This document shows, piece by piece, positions 39,401-51,190 of a stretch of 53,176 bases of DNA (position 1 is the stretch's first letter; each line of letters opens with the position of its first letter). Both the position numbers and the translations under genes were made by a program. The notes below the pieces were generated by a model. It was not told the origin of the DNA and did no database searches. It saw nothing but the letters and a program-made list of their open reading frames with translations. The stretch covers positions 124,001 through 177,176 of the forward strand of contig NOWV01000165.1 of assembly GCA_003344405.1 (NCBI GenBank). Reading direction: 5' to 3'. Source of the DNA: Trichoplax sp. H2 (taxonomy: Eukaryota).

Positions 39401-42400
39401 GGTTAATTCCTGTTTGATAATGTAGCAAGTAATGCAAAACTGCATTGAAAGATCTTGCAAGAATAAAAATCGCGAGGACTATAGCGTAAATATAATAAAC
39501 TGATATTGAATAACGATAATATGGTCTCTTGTTACTAAGATCGTGACAACATAGTTTATATCCTTGTTGAGGTCTTAACTCATTATAATTTATTAGATTG
39601 AATATGATTTTACCTTACTTGATCCCGGACCTCAATTTGAGCTAAATGCCAAGGAGCATGGTATGAAGAAACCTCAAGACTATAACTCCTTAAAGGTTAG
39701 TTTCACCAACCGGAACTTTTATAACTATACATGACCATATCTGCGGTTATTACTTATTAAGAATTTAATATTGTTGAGACTAGTAGAGACTAATGTAGAC
39801 CATTTTGAAAGTTTATAATATACCCTCGATGTTCTAACCTTTAACTCCATAATTCGATGATATATTCTAATCTCTGATTAATGATTCAAATTTAATTGAT
39901 ATTCAAGCATTCTTGAAAATATCTTAAAATTGACTTTTTATAATCTGTCCCTTCGAATGCTTACCGTTTACTAGTAGATTTACAATTATTGCTCAAATAT
40001 TAATTTAACGATATCATTTAATATATGACAGTTAAAAAGGTTAATCTTAACGTTGTGTTGCAATTTATAAGATCAACTCAAATTGTTCGGTTTGCAATCG
40101 TGATAGAGATAATACCATAATTTTAACAACTTGTATACTATCCAGAACATTTCTATATCTTATGTTGACGATAGACTATGCTACAACATCAACGACTTGA
40201 ATTAATTGGGCATGAATTATCAAGAGCTTTAATTGATTGCAAATGGTGAGATTCTATGTATAATTTAGACTTTGTGTTCATTACTGTCATCGTTTTTTTT
40301 AATTTTATGAAATGAGAACGGAAAATTAGTTATTGTTCATAGTAACACTGATAACACATTTAAAAATATGTTTGAGGAATTAATATAATAGCCTGACCAG
40401 TCTCAAGAAATTTTTCGTAAATAGTGTAAAGATCACGCCATCAAGTAATCTAGAAAAGCTATTTACAGTATACATGAGGCCAAAAATGCTATCTGTTACA
40501 ATTTTATTGAAATTCGGTATTTACATTGTTTTCCGCATATTTCATCTCATACATGCCAGAAAATTATCCTGCACTGTATAAAGTGCCTAATGTACTATCT
40601 GTTATGATTATTTGGATTATAGGCGACGCTATGGATTATATGTATTTTATTTAAATCTGGCATTCTATATCGTTTTCTTAACATTTTTCACCATTTATGT
40701 TATGGAATTATCATACAATACGCCTAACAATAACTTTACTAACGCATTGGGAGGAAATAAACAAAAAACAGCTGCAAGCACAGTTTATCCAACGACTCCA
40801 GAGCTATCTACTTCGGATAGTAATTTAACAATAGTAGTAACTGATAGTTCAATCGATTCAACCGCAACAGTAAGTGATTTATCGAACACTTTTAGCCTTG
40901 ACGATTAAATATGCTATTGAAATCATATGCTATAAGTCATACGCGTATGTAATATTCAGCGAAATTGCTTCAATATTCCGGTTTCAAATCAAAATGATAT
41001 TTATACTCCTACAATCAAGAAGTGGTATTTAGATTTCTTTAGGACTAGCTATCATATGTGCTATATTGATTAAATGCCACACATCATGTATAATAATCGT
41101 AATAGAAGCATTAGCTATGGTTCAAAGTGTAGTATTAACGAATTGATCATCTATACTGTTTTAGTAGTTCATCTTATTAGTCTAGCAATAACAATTACTG
41201 TGATATTTTTATAAATCAATAGTTTTGAAACTATAACTGCTATGTCATTTATTTCTTCTTCGCAAGCTTAATGGTACAATAACAGACTGACTATGATGGA
41301 GTGAGAAATATTCATATCTTTAATGCTACTGTACAGGATAGCAGTTTCTATTTTCTTCCGCTTCAGAACTCTGACAAAATTTGAAGGGTCTTAAGTGTTC
41401 AATAATAAGTGATACACTTAGCATTGTTACCAATTTAAATCTATATTCTCCTGCAGATTTCTAGTACAAGACTATCATCTGGTATGATAATGATACAATT
41501 AATCGTTATAATCTTTGGATTAATTAATTTCGCTAAGGAAATATCCGAAATGGCTCATAAGGTAAATTATGTTAAACCCTAGCTAGCTATTAAATGAGAA
41601 GGATATTCTGTTTTCACAATGTGGTTGGTTATATCCGTTACTAAGTGTGTAGAAACTGATAATACTTATATTCTATCCTTTTAATATCACCTGTTATAGG
41701 GATTCAGCTATTTCACATCGTTTTCAAATTACGTCGAGATGTCACTTTATACGACAGCTTTCATTTTCATGTTCCCTTTTGGTACTAAACCAGATCAAGA
41801 TCAATGGTTGATAGGCAGTATAGCCATATTTCTAGCTTGGATTAACCTCTTACTATTTAGCGAAAGGTAACGAATATTGATCTGGTGCCAACGTTTATAA
41901 AAGAAAATAGTACTATACTATTAAGCCTACTAGTGTTTCATGTTATCATATTCCTAATATAGATTGGCCCATTTTGGCATTTTCTCGTCAATTTAGTAAT
42001 TTTATGTACTAATCTTCTTTTGCGTCACTATACCGTATCAGAATCAACTTTTTTGGAATTTACGTGCTCATGTTGAAATCAGTAATAGGGACATTTCTGA
42101 TGGTAAGTCAAAATATAAAAAATAGTCTCTACCGGTCTGACTTTATGCAAGTATGAAATTACAATTATTAAGTGATGTCATAACATCATTATCGTACTTC
42201 TTTCTTTTGATTGGTGCTAGTATAACCAATGGCAATGTATTATCTAAATGCAACTACTAACAGTATATTTTTTTAATTAATGGACTTCTATCGTAGCTAG
42301 TACCCGTTATCATAATCTTTATTATTGCGTTTGGATTTGTATTTTATATTGCAGCAGGCACTGAGGTAAGATATAAAACATAACAGATTAGCATTCATAT

Positions 42401-44042
42401 GTACATAAAGATTGTGCTGATCCTTTTTGAAAACATTTCTCAACAATTACCTCCTATAAATATTATTATTTAAATAGGCCGCATTTAGTACAATCGGACT
42501 GTCATTTATAAAAGTTATCGATATGATGGTTGGAGAAATTGATTATATGGACGTATTTGTTACTCCAATCTCCAATCAGACGATTGCTTATCCCCATAAT
42601 ATACTAGTCCTGTCATTTACTATCTTATTCATATTCCTAATGCCAATCCTGCTAACAAATCTTATGGTAGGTTAACGCATCCATAGTCTGTTTTCTATAT
42701 AAATATAAATGATTAAACTTTTAATTATAGAGTTAAGTGCACAACTTAATTTAGTGATGAACGCAGCCATAGTCTGCCTTGAAGACAAATTTAGATTTAA
42801 AGCATCAAAGTAATTTATAACGTCGAATTATGTTAATTTAAGCATAAAGAGTTGTCGCTTACTCTATGGATAAATATTAAATTGAGGGTTCAGCCGCTTA
42901 CCTTATGTTAACTGAAGCGTTATCAGTCATAGTCGGAGTTACTAATAACTCTAATATTGGAAATTAAGTTATATACAGAGTTAAAATATTACTTTAGCCA
43001 TCAAAATAGGCGTAAAAAGTCCTATCAATCTATTTAGAAATTAAAAATAAAGCTGCTCAGATCATGGTTTCATTTGATAATTATTAAGACTAGCTCAGCT
43101 TCATTGCTTAAAGTTCGGTTATGATATAAATTTAAGCATGAACGTAATTGCAACTTATTTCGTAGGTAAATTTTAAATTAGTCAAAAAATCGAGTTGCAT
43201 ACGTCAACTTCAAGTATATTGCTGTTATAATTATGACACATCTGTTACCACTAAACAGTAAATTAGGCCAGGATCGGCGTTACATTTATAAAATTTCAAG
43301 AGTTTTTGTTATAATGTAATAATGCATTGGAGTCTACTTAACTAGTTTTATCACATTTTAAATTAGACTGGTTTAGCGATAGGAGATATCGAAGAAATAA
43401 AACAGAATGCAAGCTTACGAAGACTGCAAAATCAAGTTGAGTTTCTGGATGATTTAGAAAGATCCATGCCATTATACTTCAGGAGAAGACTGTACTCCTC
43501 CAATACTGTAATTTATCCAAATACAACTGCATATAAGGTAAAAAAACTTCCTTTAGTTTTTGCCTAAGTTGTTAATTAAGGTATTTCTATTAACATGGGT
43601 AAAAGTGGACTTAATATCTGACCCTAAAGATGATAATTTATACCTATACAGGTTCATTCATTTATAAATGGGCGCATAATAAAAGTTCGAACTAATGATA
43701 ATAGCCAAGACCATGAAAAATTTAAAAAGATTCATCATAAGTTAGAAGCCCAAAAGCAGCAGTAAGTTAATATTTATACTAATAATGTACTTATTGATGT
43801 AAATCTATTGCCCATATCTGGATTACTTGGACCACAGGTTAATGATAGATAAGTCCTTACTTAATACTGTTGTATCGGAACATATTGTTCGTTGTAGAAT
43901 AAGACATTTAAACTTTCAGCTGGAGGATATACTTAAACGCGTATCCGGTAATCAAATACCCCAGCAACGCCGAGAATCATTCGGTGATATTTATAGCACT
44001 ATCCTCCCTAACTATTCTAGTGGTGTTGCTGGTGAGGCATAA
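33411..44042 (+). CDS. TRPA1: TRPA1-like cation channel, paralog 4 (complete, ~26 coding exons)
   Basis: Exons ~33411-33428 (MNDVFR|gtaagt), 33531-33693, 33887-34062, 34367-34474, 35431-35637, 35719-35766, 35929-36102, 36249-36443, 36591-36674, 37622-37704, 37835-37995, 38212-38323, 38938-39107, 39226-39310, 39426-39485, 39597-39695, 40176-40246, 40623-40869, 41457-41561, 41700-41866, 42042-42102, 42298-42366, 42478-42666, 43367-43537, 43652-43761, 43899-44042 (TAA). About 17 ankyrin repeats, pore 'DMMVGEIDYMD', S6 'MPILLTNLMTGLAIGDI'. Confidence 0.92.
34798..35050. repeat. Degenerate ~120-bp tandem duplication in an intron of paralog 4
   Basis: 'attgattaatt' recurs at ~34800, 34918 and 35038. 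'agtagtttact..aatag' and 'acagctagtgagtttt(t)agtgt.agat' each occur twice. Confidence 0.75.
36874..37350. repeat. Diverged ~267-bp tandem duplication in an intron of paralog 4
   Basis: 'cacagtg.acatccaaatcttatt...tatatgacaaa.ag.gctcta...aatttaca.gtgca...aggataaattct.ttaag...gctattaaagaa...tagcaagctttaaacattgtta.cgattaatat' starts at 36874 and 37141. Confidence 0.88.
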
Positions 44043-45099
44043 CTAAATCACAAGTTAACGTAAGTTTGGCAAACGAATTTATATTATTGATTATTACAAT
44101 ATAGGTGACTAAGTTGAATAATTTTAATATGAAATTCAGTCTTATGTTTGAATTAAACGACGAAAACATAGATTATAGCCGGATATAACTTAATATAGAA
44201 TGAGATTCAACGTACAGTACAATAATTGTAGCCGGAGAGTAAAATGCACTTAAATTTATTAAATGCAATATTTATTTTTTACGTAGATTGGCAAAGGCCT
44301 CCTGGAAATCAATATACAAAACATTACATATTTAATGATACTCGTTTGCTTCGTTATTGCATCATACCTGCAAGTATTTATAAATTAAGATCAATATCAA
44401 TAAAATAACTATACGACCACGTATTATTATTGAGATGAAAAGTACAGGTATAGTAATAACAATACTTAATGTGCCTTGAACACGTATACAACTATGTTGT
44501 GTGAGTGAGTCATATATAAAGTACCGATTTAAAATTTCAATTAGCGCATAACAATTTGAACTAGAAAAATGTTCGTTTTGATACTCGTATTTATAAAAAT
44601 TATAATACAATTTTATATCCAGCCACATATAAATGGCTGTTTAAAAATTTTCAATATAGTTGTACGGATATTTCATATATGATTTTACAGAGTACGGTGG
44701 TATATCGAGATAATAAAATTTGTTGAGCATTGATATAGGTATTAGTCCAAGTAGTAACTTCGATAGTCTTTCAATACTGTAACAAGTGCCCCAGATATTT
44801 AAACGTTAATTACCATTGTACCATTGTAATTTGCAAGTACTGTAGTCAAAATAGCTTTAAATAACTTGAATATTTATAGTATAACAGTAATGTCCTTACG
44901 GCAATCATCTCTAATGCGACTACATGAACTAAGATTGACTAAAATGCAAATATAGAAATAAATATTTTACAATTAATACTATAGCAGAAATAGTAGCTCA
45001 TACCCAGTACTTATATTAGAAAGAGAAATTAAGCTATTTCCCTTGAAAGCCTCGTACAAGCAGAGTAAATAGCATCTCATTTCGCATGAATCGGTAGAT

Positions 45100-48000
45100 T
45101 TAATAATATTGCGCATGGTGTAACAGCTGCAATAATCTCTCTCCGTCAAGTTGTCTATAATGTGTACTCTCAGAGTCTCTGGTTATAACATCTTGAAGTT
45201 CTTCAATTTCACTTTTTAATTTACTTTTCAACTTTCTACGCATGTCATCTACAAGCTAAAGCAACACATGGCAAAGTTTCAATCATTAAATATCAAAGTA
45301 ATGATAATATCGTATTTTAAAAATAACCGATTCAATACTGAATATTTAAACTAAGACTTACTCTATTGTGCTCCTTCTCTTTGATTTTTAATTCATCCTT
45401 TTGGCGAGAAACTTTCTCTGATAGCATAGCAAATTGATCACGATAACTACGTAACATTAGAACAGAGGCATAATTTAATAATTACAGCAATGAAATGAAT
45501 ACTATCATGTAATCACAAGTATTACTAATTTTCGAGAGATTCCAATTCATTCCTTCGTTGCTTCGCATGAATTTCCCTTTGCTCTTTCGTATACTTTGTC
45601 ATATATTGAAGATATTCTTTCTGTATCTTCAAAGCTTCTTCAAATGTATCTTTAAATATCTGTGTGAAGCGAAAGTAATGTAGTAAAATATCCAATTTTT
45701 CAGTTAGTTCATAAGAGCTAGGATAATCATTTGAAAAGAGAATGACATTACAGGAACGCGAATTAGCATTGGCTACAGTAATGCATAGAATAATACCTTT
45801 TCTTCTTTTGTTCTTCTTTTTTGCATTTTTGCTCTATGATTTACAACATAGTCCTGGTAGTAACGACGAGCAAGAGCTGATGATATCCGATTGTTATGAA
45901 TTTGTGATTTCATTGCTTGTTCACTACGACACCTTTCCTTATAATCGCGCTAATTTTTAATCATAATTTCTAGATTAGATTTGCACAACCTATAGATATT
46001 TATTCAAAAGAAAAGATTACTTATGAACTATTTACCAGTCTACGATTAAGGCGGATGTCTTTCTTCATAATATTAACCATCGCTTGCTGTTTCTTCTGCG
46101 CTTCTATTATCTGAGCCTATGAATCACATGAGTGATAAATTATCATAAGTGTCGATTCGAGTGCACTCATCACAGAAACAAATAACTTAACATTTATTAA
46201 ATCACTAGCTTTGATATATCTCTCTTACTCTAGTTTCCGGATGCATATAGCCCCCTTTTAATTCACGCTCACTCTCTAATTGAAAGTTGTAATGGTGAAG
46301 TTGCTTCTCCCTCAATACCTTCTTAGTGTTCGAGGATACTGATGAATGAGGGAGTTCGCTTTCGACTCTTGACATTACTTTTTTATCAGGCAACGATACT
46401 AATCCCATACAGTCAAAGCAATTAAGAGATAAGAAAGCATAGCAGAGATCAGATACCAAGTTAAATAATTCATCCGTCATTATGGCTACAATATTAATCT
46501 ACTATAAATACCGTTTAATTTCTCCTTCCGGAATTTCCCTTGACGGCCGCCGAGTGAGCTTGGATAGACAGAAGCTTTGCTTGTATAAATAGTTTCAGTA
46601 CTTGGTGTCAGATTTTGACGAGAGACTAGAGTCCCTTTGCCTTAAGTAAAGATACAGAATATAGACATCAAATACATACAATTTGTATCCTCGTTAAATT
46701 TACTATCCTGTCCATGTTTCATTAAAAATCTGATTTATTAATGTCAAGTAAAATATTAATAATTATAACAGAAAGTTTTTAATGTTGCATTGTAATGATG
46801 TACTTTTTGGGTGATGTTTCTGCTTCTTCTTGTTCTTATCGTTTTTATTTTTAAATGCTACCTACAATTCATGATACAGAATAAAAATTTAAGAGAATTA
46901 ACAAGCAATTAAGTAACTCTTCAAAAAATATTGTAGTAATATACCTTCTTCGTTGCAGTAATTTCTTCTTTTCTTTCTAATGATAAATCTTCCAGCTCAT
47001 GCTGATAAGAAGACTTTAGCAGTTCAAGACATAATCTTTCTATCTGCTTTTCTCTCTCTAACTGCCGCTGGACTTCCTTAGTTTGTAACACATTCCTATT
47101 CCTTATTTTCTGTATCAAATCTTTTGCGGTCTCATCATTAATATCCCTTCTTTTACTTTGCTTACGAGTAGGACCACTCTTTACCTCATCATAACGATAG
47201 TTTCGATCAACAATTTTAGTGTTATTAGTGTTGGAGAAATATTTCTCTTCATTACTCAAGCTTCCATCGAATTCTTCCAAACTACGATCTCTTACGTAGT
47301 CAGCAAATCTTACAGATGGGTTTCTACTATAGGAATCTACTAAAGGCTCCTCTGTAGAAATAGGTTGACTAGGAAATGTAGATCTTTGCTCTCGTAAGTT
47401 TCTAAAACAAATAAAGCACATTAACGTCAATCTATATTTGGAAACCTAAATAGAGTACTAAAAGTACATTAAGAATAGCCGATACCTTAAAGTTTCCTTT
47501 AATTGAGCATATTTGTCTTGATTCAATTCTGCATTGTTGCCAACTTCATTTGGATTTGTCTAAAGAAATATAAAAAGGATAGAATGACTTAGCAATTAAG
47601 ATTGATTTGCTGAATTGATACTTTCAGCCTTGATATACCACATATCTAGAAAATAACACATTTTAGTAAATAACCTCTGAATAATCGTCACTACATGATG
47701 CTTTTTCAGAAATATTCGTTATATTATTCTTAAGATCTTTAATGTCGATTTCTAAATTTTGATATCTTTTCTTCGAGTCATTCTTTTCAATTAATGCATT
47801 ACGATAGTTTTCAGTTTTATAAAGCTTAGTGTCCGCTGTTGCCAATTTCTTATATCGATTGTTGTCAGTCGTATTTAAATGCGACGAGTCATGATTCTTA
47901 GAGCTTAATTCACTACTCGATTCGAAGATACTGTTACGTTGAACTTCGTCACCAGAATTAGCATTTTTGGACTGATAATCTTTTAACTCTTTCGTTTCTG

Positions 48001-50216
48001 GTGGCGGCTTAGTTTCTGTTAGTAGCATGTCGCTGTAGTCGTTCTTATTCTTGGCTAACTGGCTGTCAATCACAGTTTGCCGATACTCATGCTGCCTATC
48101 AGTTTTATCTCCAGTATGATGAGAAATCACTGAGGTATATGACGCTTTTTCTACTTTATTCCCGTCTGTATTGTCCAATCGTGTCAATCTTTCATCATCT
48201 CCAAAGGACTTATTATTACTTATACGATTACTGATAGAGCCCTTTTCACAAGATTTGTCACCATCCATTAACCCTCCTAATTTAGCACCCACTGGATTGG
48301 CATTGTCGTATTTATTTTCAATAGATTTACTCCAGTTTTCCCTTATAAAGAATATTATTAAGTAATAATTAAGGATTCAGAATAAATAAATAGGTAAATA
48401 AATTAAAAAGTGCTTTTAAGTAGATAAAATTAGTTACCCTACCTTTGAATATTTATAGCTGTTTCGATTTTTTCATCAAGAGAATTACTTTCAGAGCTTT
48501 CTGGAGTTAATGAATGACTGGATAAGCTTGATTGTAAAATTAAATCTGAATCATTCTGCGATGATAACAAGCTATAATATTCGTCAAGGACCTGAAAATC
48601 ATCCAATTTTCTGGCTTTATCATCGTAATCTCCTGATATTTTATTAATTTTCTTCCTATTTACTTTGTGATGTGCTATGTCTAGCTTAGGAGTTGTCACA
48701 TTATCAACCTCCTGTCTTAAATCATCATCATTTAAACTATCTGTAGATGAAATGGCATCGTTGGCTACAGCCACCTGGGTAATTAAATCGTATGTTGAGT
48801 CAGAATCGCTGGAGTCTTGATCGGATGTCACACTTTCGTGGAGATAATGTTTACGAAAGATTTTTGTGTGAAACTTACTGCTTGCTGCCTTTGATGTATC
48901 CAAACTATTAGACCGGACATTATCATTCATAAAATCTCTTGAAATAAGCTTCTGATTGATATTTTCTTTTTCAAAGTCACTACTGTCGTTTTCTAATTCC
49001 TGTTCTATAACGGTCTTAATGATCGATTTTCCAATATCATCCAAGCCATTAGAGTCTACACTTTCGGTATCACTATCAAAATCTATACCTATAAATTATC
49101 ATTTATTGATAACGGATTGTTATAATGTAGTAATAGGTTAAGGGTATAGATATTTTTATGTCTACAAGTACAAAATCTTAGCTTTACTCACTAATCAATT
49201 ATACAAGAGAAGAAATTTATTGATAGTATGGTATCTTTATAGTAATAACAGTGAAAAAATAGTTTCAACTTGCGCTAACCTTCGATATTGTGAGGTTTTT
49301 TCCAATCTAAGTAACATTCTTTAAGTCCAAAATATATTTCGAGAAGAAACTGTACGCGAGTTAGGCTACCTCTAGCGATTTCTTCACCGGAAATATGTGA
49401 TAAATCAGTTTTTAAGATATCTTTCGCCAATGAATCGATAAGCAATTGGCAGTTATGAATGCGATCCTGTAATCCTGAAGGGTACTGAATATAATCTATT
49501 GCAGAGATTATGAAGTGACGTTTAGATGTATTGAATGACACTACGTAATCTTATCCGCTGAATTCATATAGTTTAATAGGTTGTATTACACGTTAGTAAT
49601 ATTTTTCTCACATCTAATTTGTACTATCATGTATCACTGAGTATAAAGTGCTACAAGCATAGTAAAAATTAGTGTAAAATATCACGTGTAGTTCTATAGT
49701 TTATTTTAATACTCTGACTATATTGCATATGATATCCTTTTAACATATTGTCGTGTATGTATATTGGTTTTCCTAATAACTCAGGGCTAACCTGGCGGTA
49801 ATCTATGAAAAAGGCCACGATATATATCCGCAAAGACTTCCACTGTGCATTCAGCTAAATGTTGAATTCTTATTTTGGATCCACAACGTTTCAACAGTTG
49901 ATTAGTCACATCGATGTAATCTAAAATAGTTTATCATAATATGGCTAAGTTATGTGCATGCTATCGAATTATTTTAGGAATTATCTGAATTGCGACAATC
50001 CGTATCAACAGTTGTAAAATATTGAAATTAATTTCATTTTAAATAATATCATATTTTTTCCTTTTATCCTATTCAAGCAATATCAGTCGAGGATATCATA
50101 ATACCAACTGTATAATTACTGTGCAATTCATGTTGCTATTGTAATGCCCTTAAGTTTATCTATCTTATGAAGATTGAAATTGTTAGACACCTACCAAGAT
50201 TTGGTATGAGATCCAT
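45100..50216 (-). CDS. CEP95: Centrosomal protein of 95 kDa (CEP95/CCDC45) ortholog, multi-exon
   Basis: Minus-strand exons 50216-50195 (MDLIPNL), ~49920-49792 (DYIDVTNQLLKRCGSKIRIQHLAECTVEVFADIYRGLFHRLPP) and ~49495-49280 (..HNCQLLIDSLAKDILKTDLSHISGEEIARGSLTRVQFLLEIYFGLKE) match the CEP95 N-terminal domain as I recall it (human '[47 protein letters not shown]'). Large low-complexity exons follow at ~49088-48443, 48341-47675 and 47401-46945, then coiled-coil exons at 46.6-45.3 kb. The last exon ~45255-45100 (LVDDMRRKLKSKLKSEIEELQDVITRDSESTHYRQLDGERL...) matches the CEP95 C-terminus. Confidence 0.88.
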
Positions 50217-50530
50217 AAATTCTTATTACTACTGCAACCCTTCTTGTTTTAACCAATACACTTGTAGACCAACTTTTTATACAAATATCTATATTATAGC
50301 TGAGAAAATACAACCATTTACGTTTATTGCAAAGTAAATATGATCACGCGAGTGTATGACATCATTTAGAGTGTCAATAATTTTGAGAAGACATCGAAAT
50401 TTTGATCATTTGATAGAAATTGTATGACACTATTTACATATTAGTCTAAATGGTCAATTTTAAACCTTGAATTTTTAGCTCAAGTCTACCTTACGAACTA
50501 GATAGGTAACTCGTATAGATGGTGCAAAGG

Positions 50531-51190
50531 TATTCTATCTTATAGCCTGTGTCAACTTTACTTTTTTAATTTGATTTAGGCATTGCAGTCTGCAAATGAA
50601 AACAAAATACAAGTACAGTATAAACGCGTCTAAATTGTGCCAACTTTATAGTTTTAATTTGATTTAGGTACTGTAGTCAAGTCGTGCAAATGAAAAGAAA
50701 ATACAAGTGTATATGCGTATCTATTGTATCTTATAGCCTGTGCCAACTTTATTTTGAAATTGATTTAGGTACTGCAGTCTGCAAATGAAAACAAAATACA
50801 AGTACAGTATAAACGCGTCTAAATTGTGCCAACTTTATAGTTTTAATTAGATTTAAGTACTGTAGTCAAGTCGTGCAAATGAAAAGAAAATACAAGTGTA
50901 TATGCGTATCTATAGTATCTTAAAGCCTGTGTCAACTTTATTTTGAAATTGATTTAGGTACTGCAGTCTGCAAATGAAAACAAAATACAAGTACAGTATA
51001 AACGCGTCTAAATTGTGCCAACTTGATATTTTTAATTAGATTTAGGTACTGTAGTCAAGTCGTGCAAATGAAAAGAAAATACAAGTGTATATGCGTGTCT
51101 ATTCTATCTTACAGCCTGTGCCAACTTTATTTTGAAATTGATTTAGCTACTGCAGTCCAATCCTGCAAACGAAAACAAAATACAAGTATA
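50531..51190. repeat. 189-bp higher-order tandem repeat (~3.5 copies) made of two alternating related ~95-bp monomers
   Basis: 'aaacgcgtct' occurs at 50622, 50811 and 51000 (189-bp period). Both halves share 'tgtgccaacttta...tgatttaggtactg.agtc...tgcaaatgaaa..aaaatacaagt'. Confidence 0.95.

Noticed and set aside
6828-44042. TRPN/NompC, TRPV or stand-alone ankyrin proteins as the identity of the array
   Set aside because: About 16-17 ankyrin repeats (not ~29 or ~6) splice in frame to a 6-TM domain with the TRPA-type 'NLLIGLAVGDI' S6 and pre-S1 'HP....L..KW' motifs.
44362-44628. 88-aa minus-strand ORF with a hydrophobic tail
   Set aside because: It lies in the AT-rich 3'-UTR/intergenic zone. 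The hydrophobicity follows from base composition and no family is recognisable.
45742-49141. Plus-strand ORFs (45742-45960, 47158-47343, 48171-48365, 48956-49141)
   Set aside because: They are antisense shadows of CEP95 exons.
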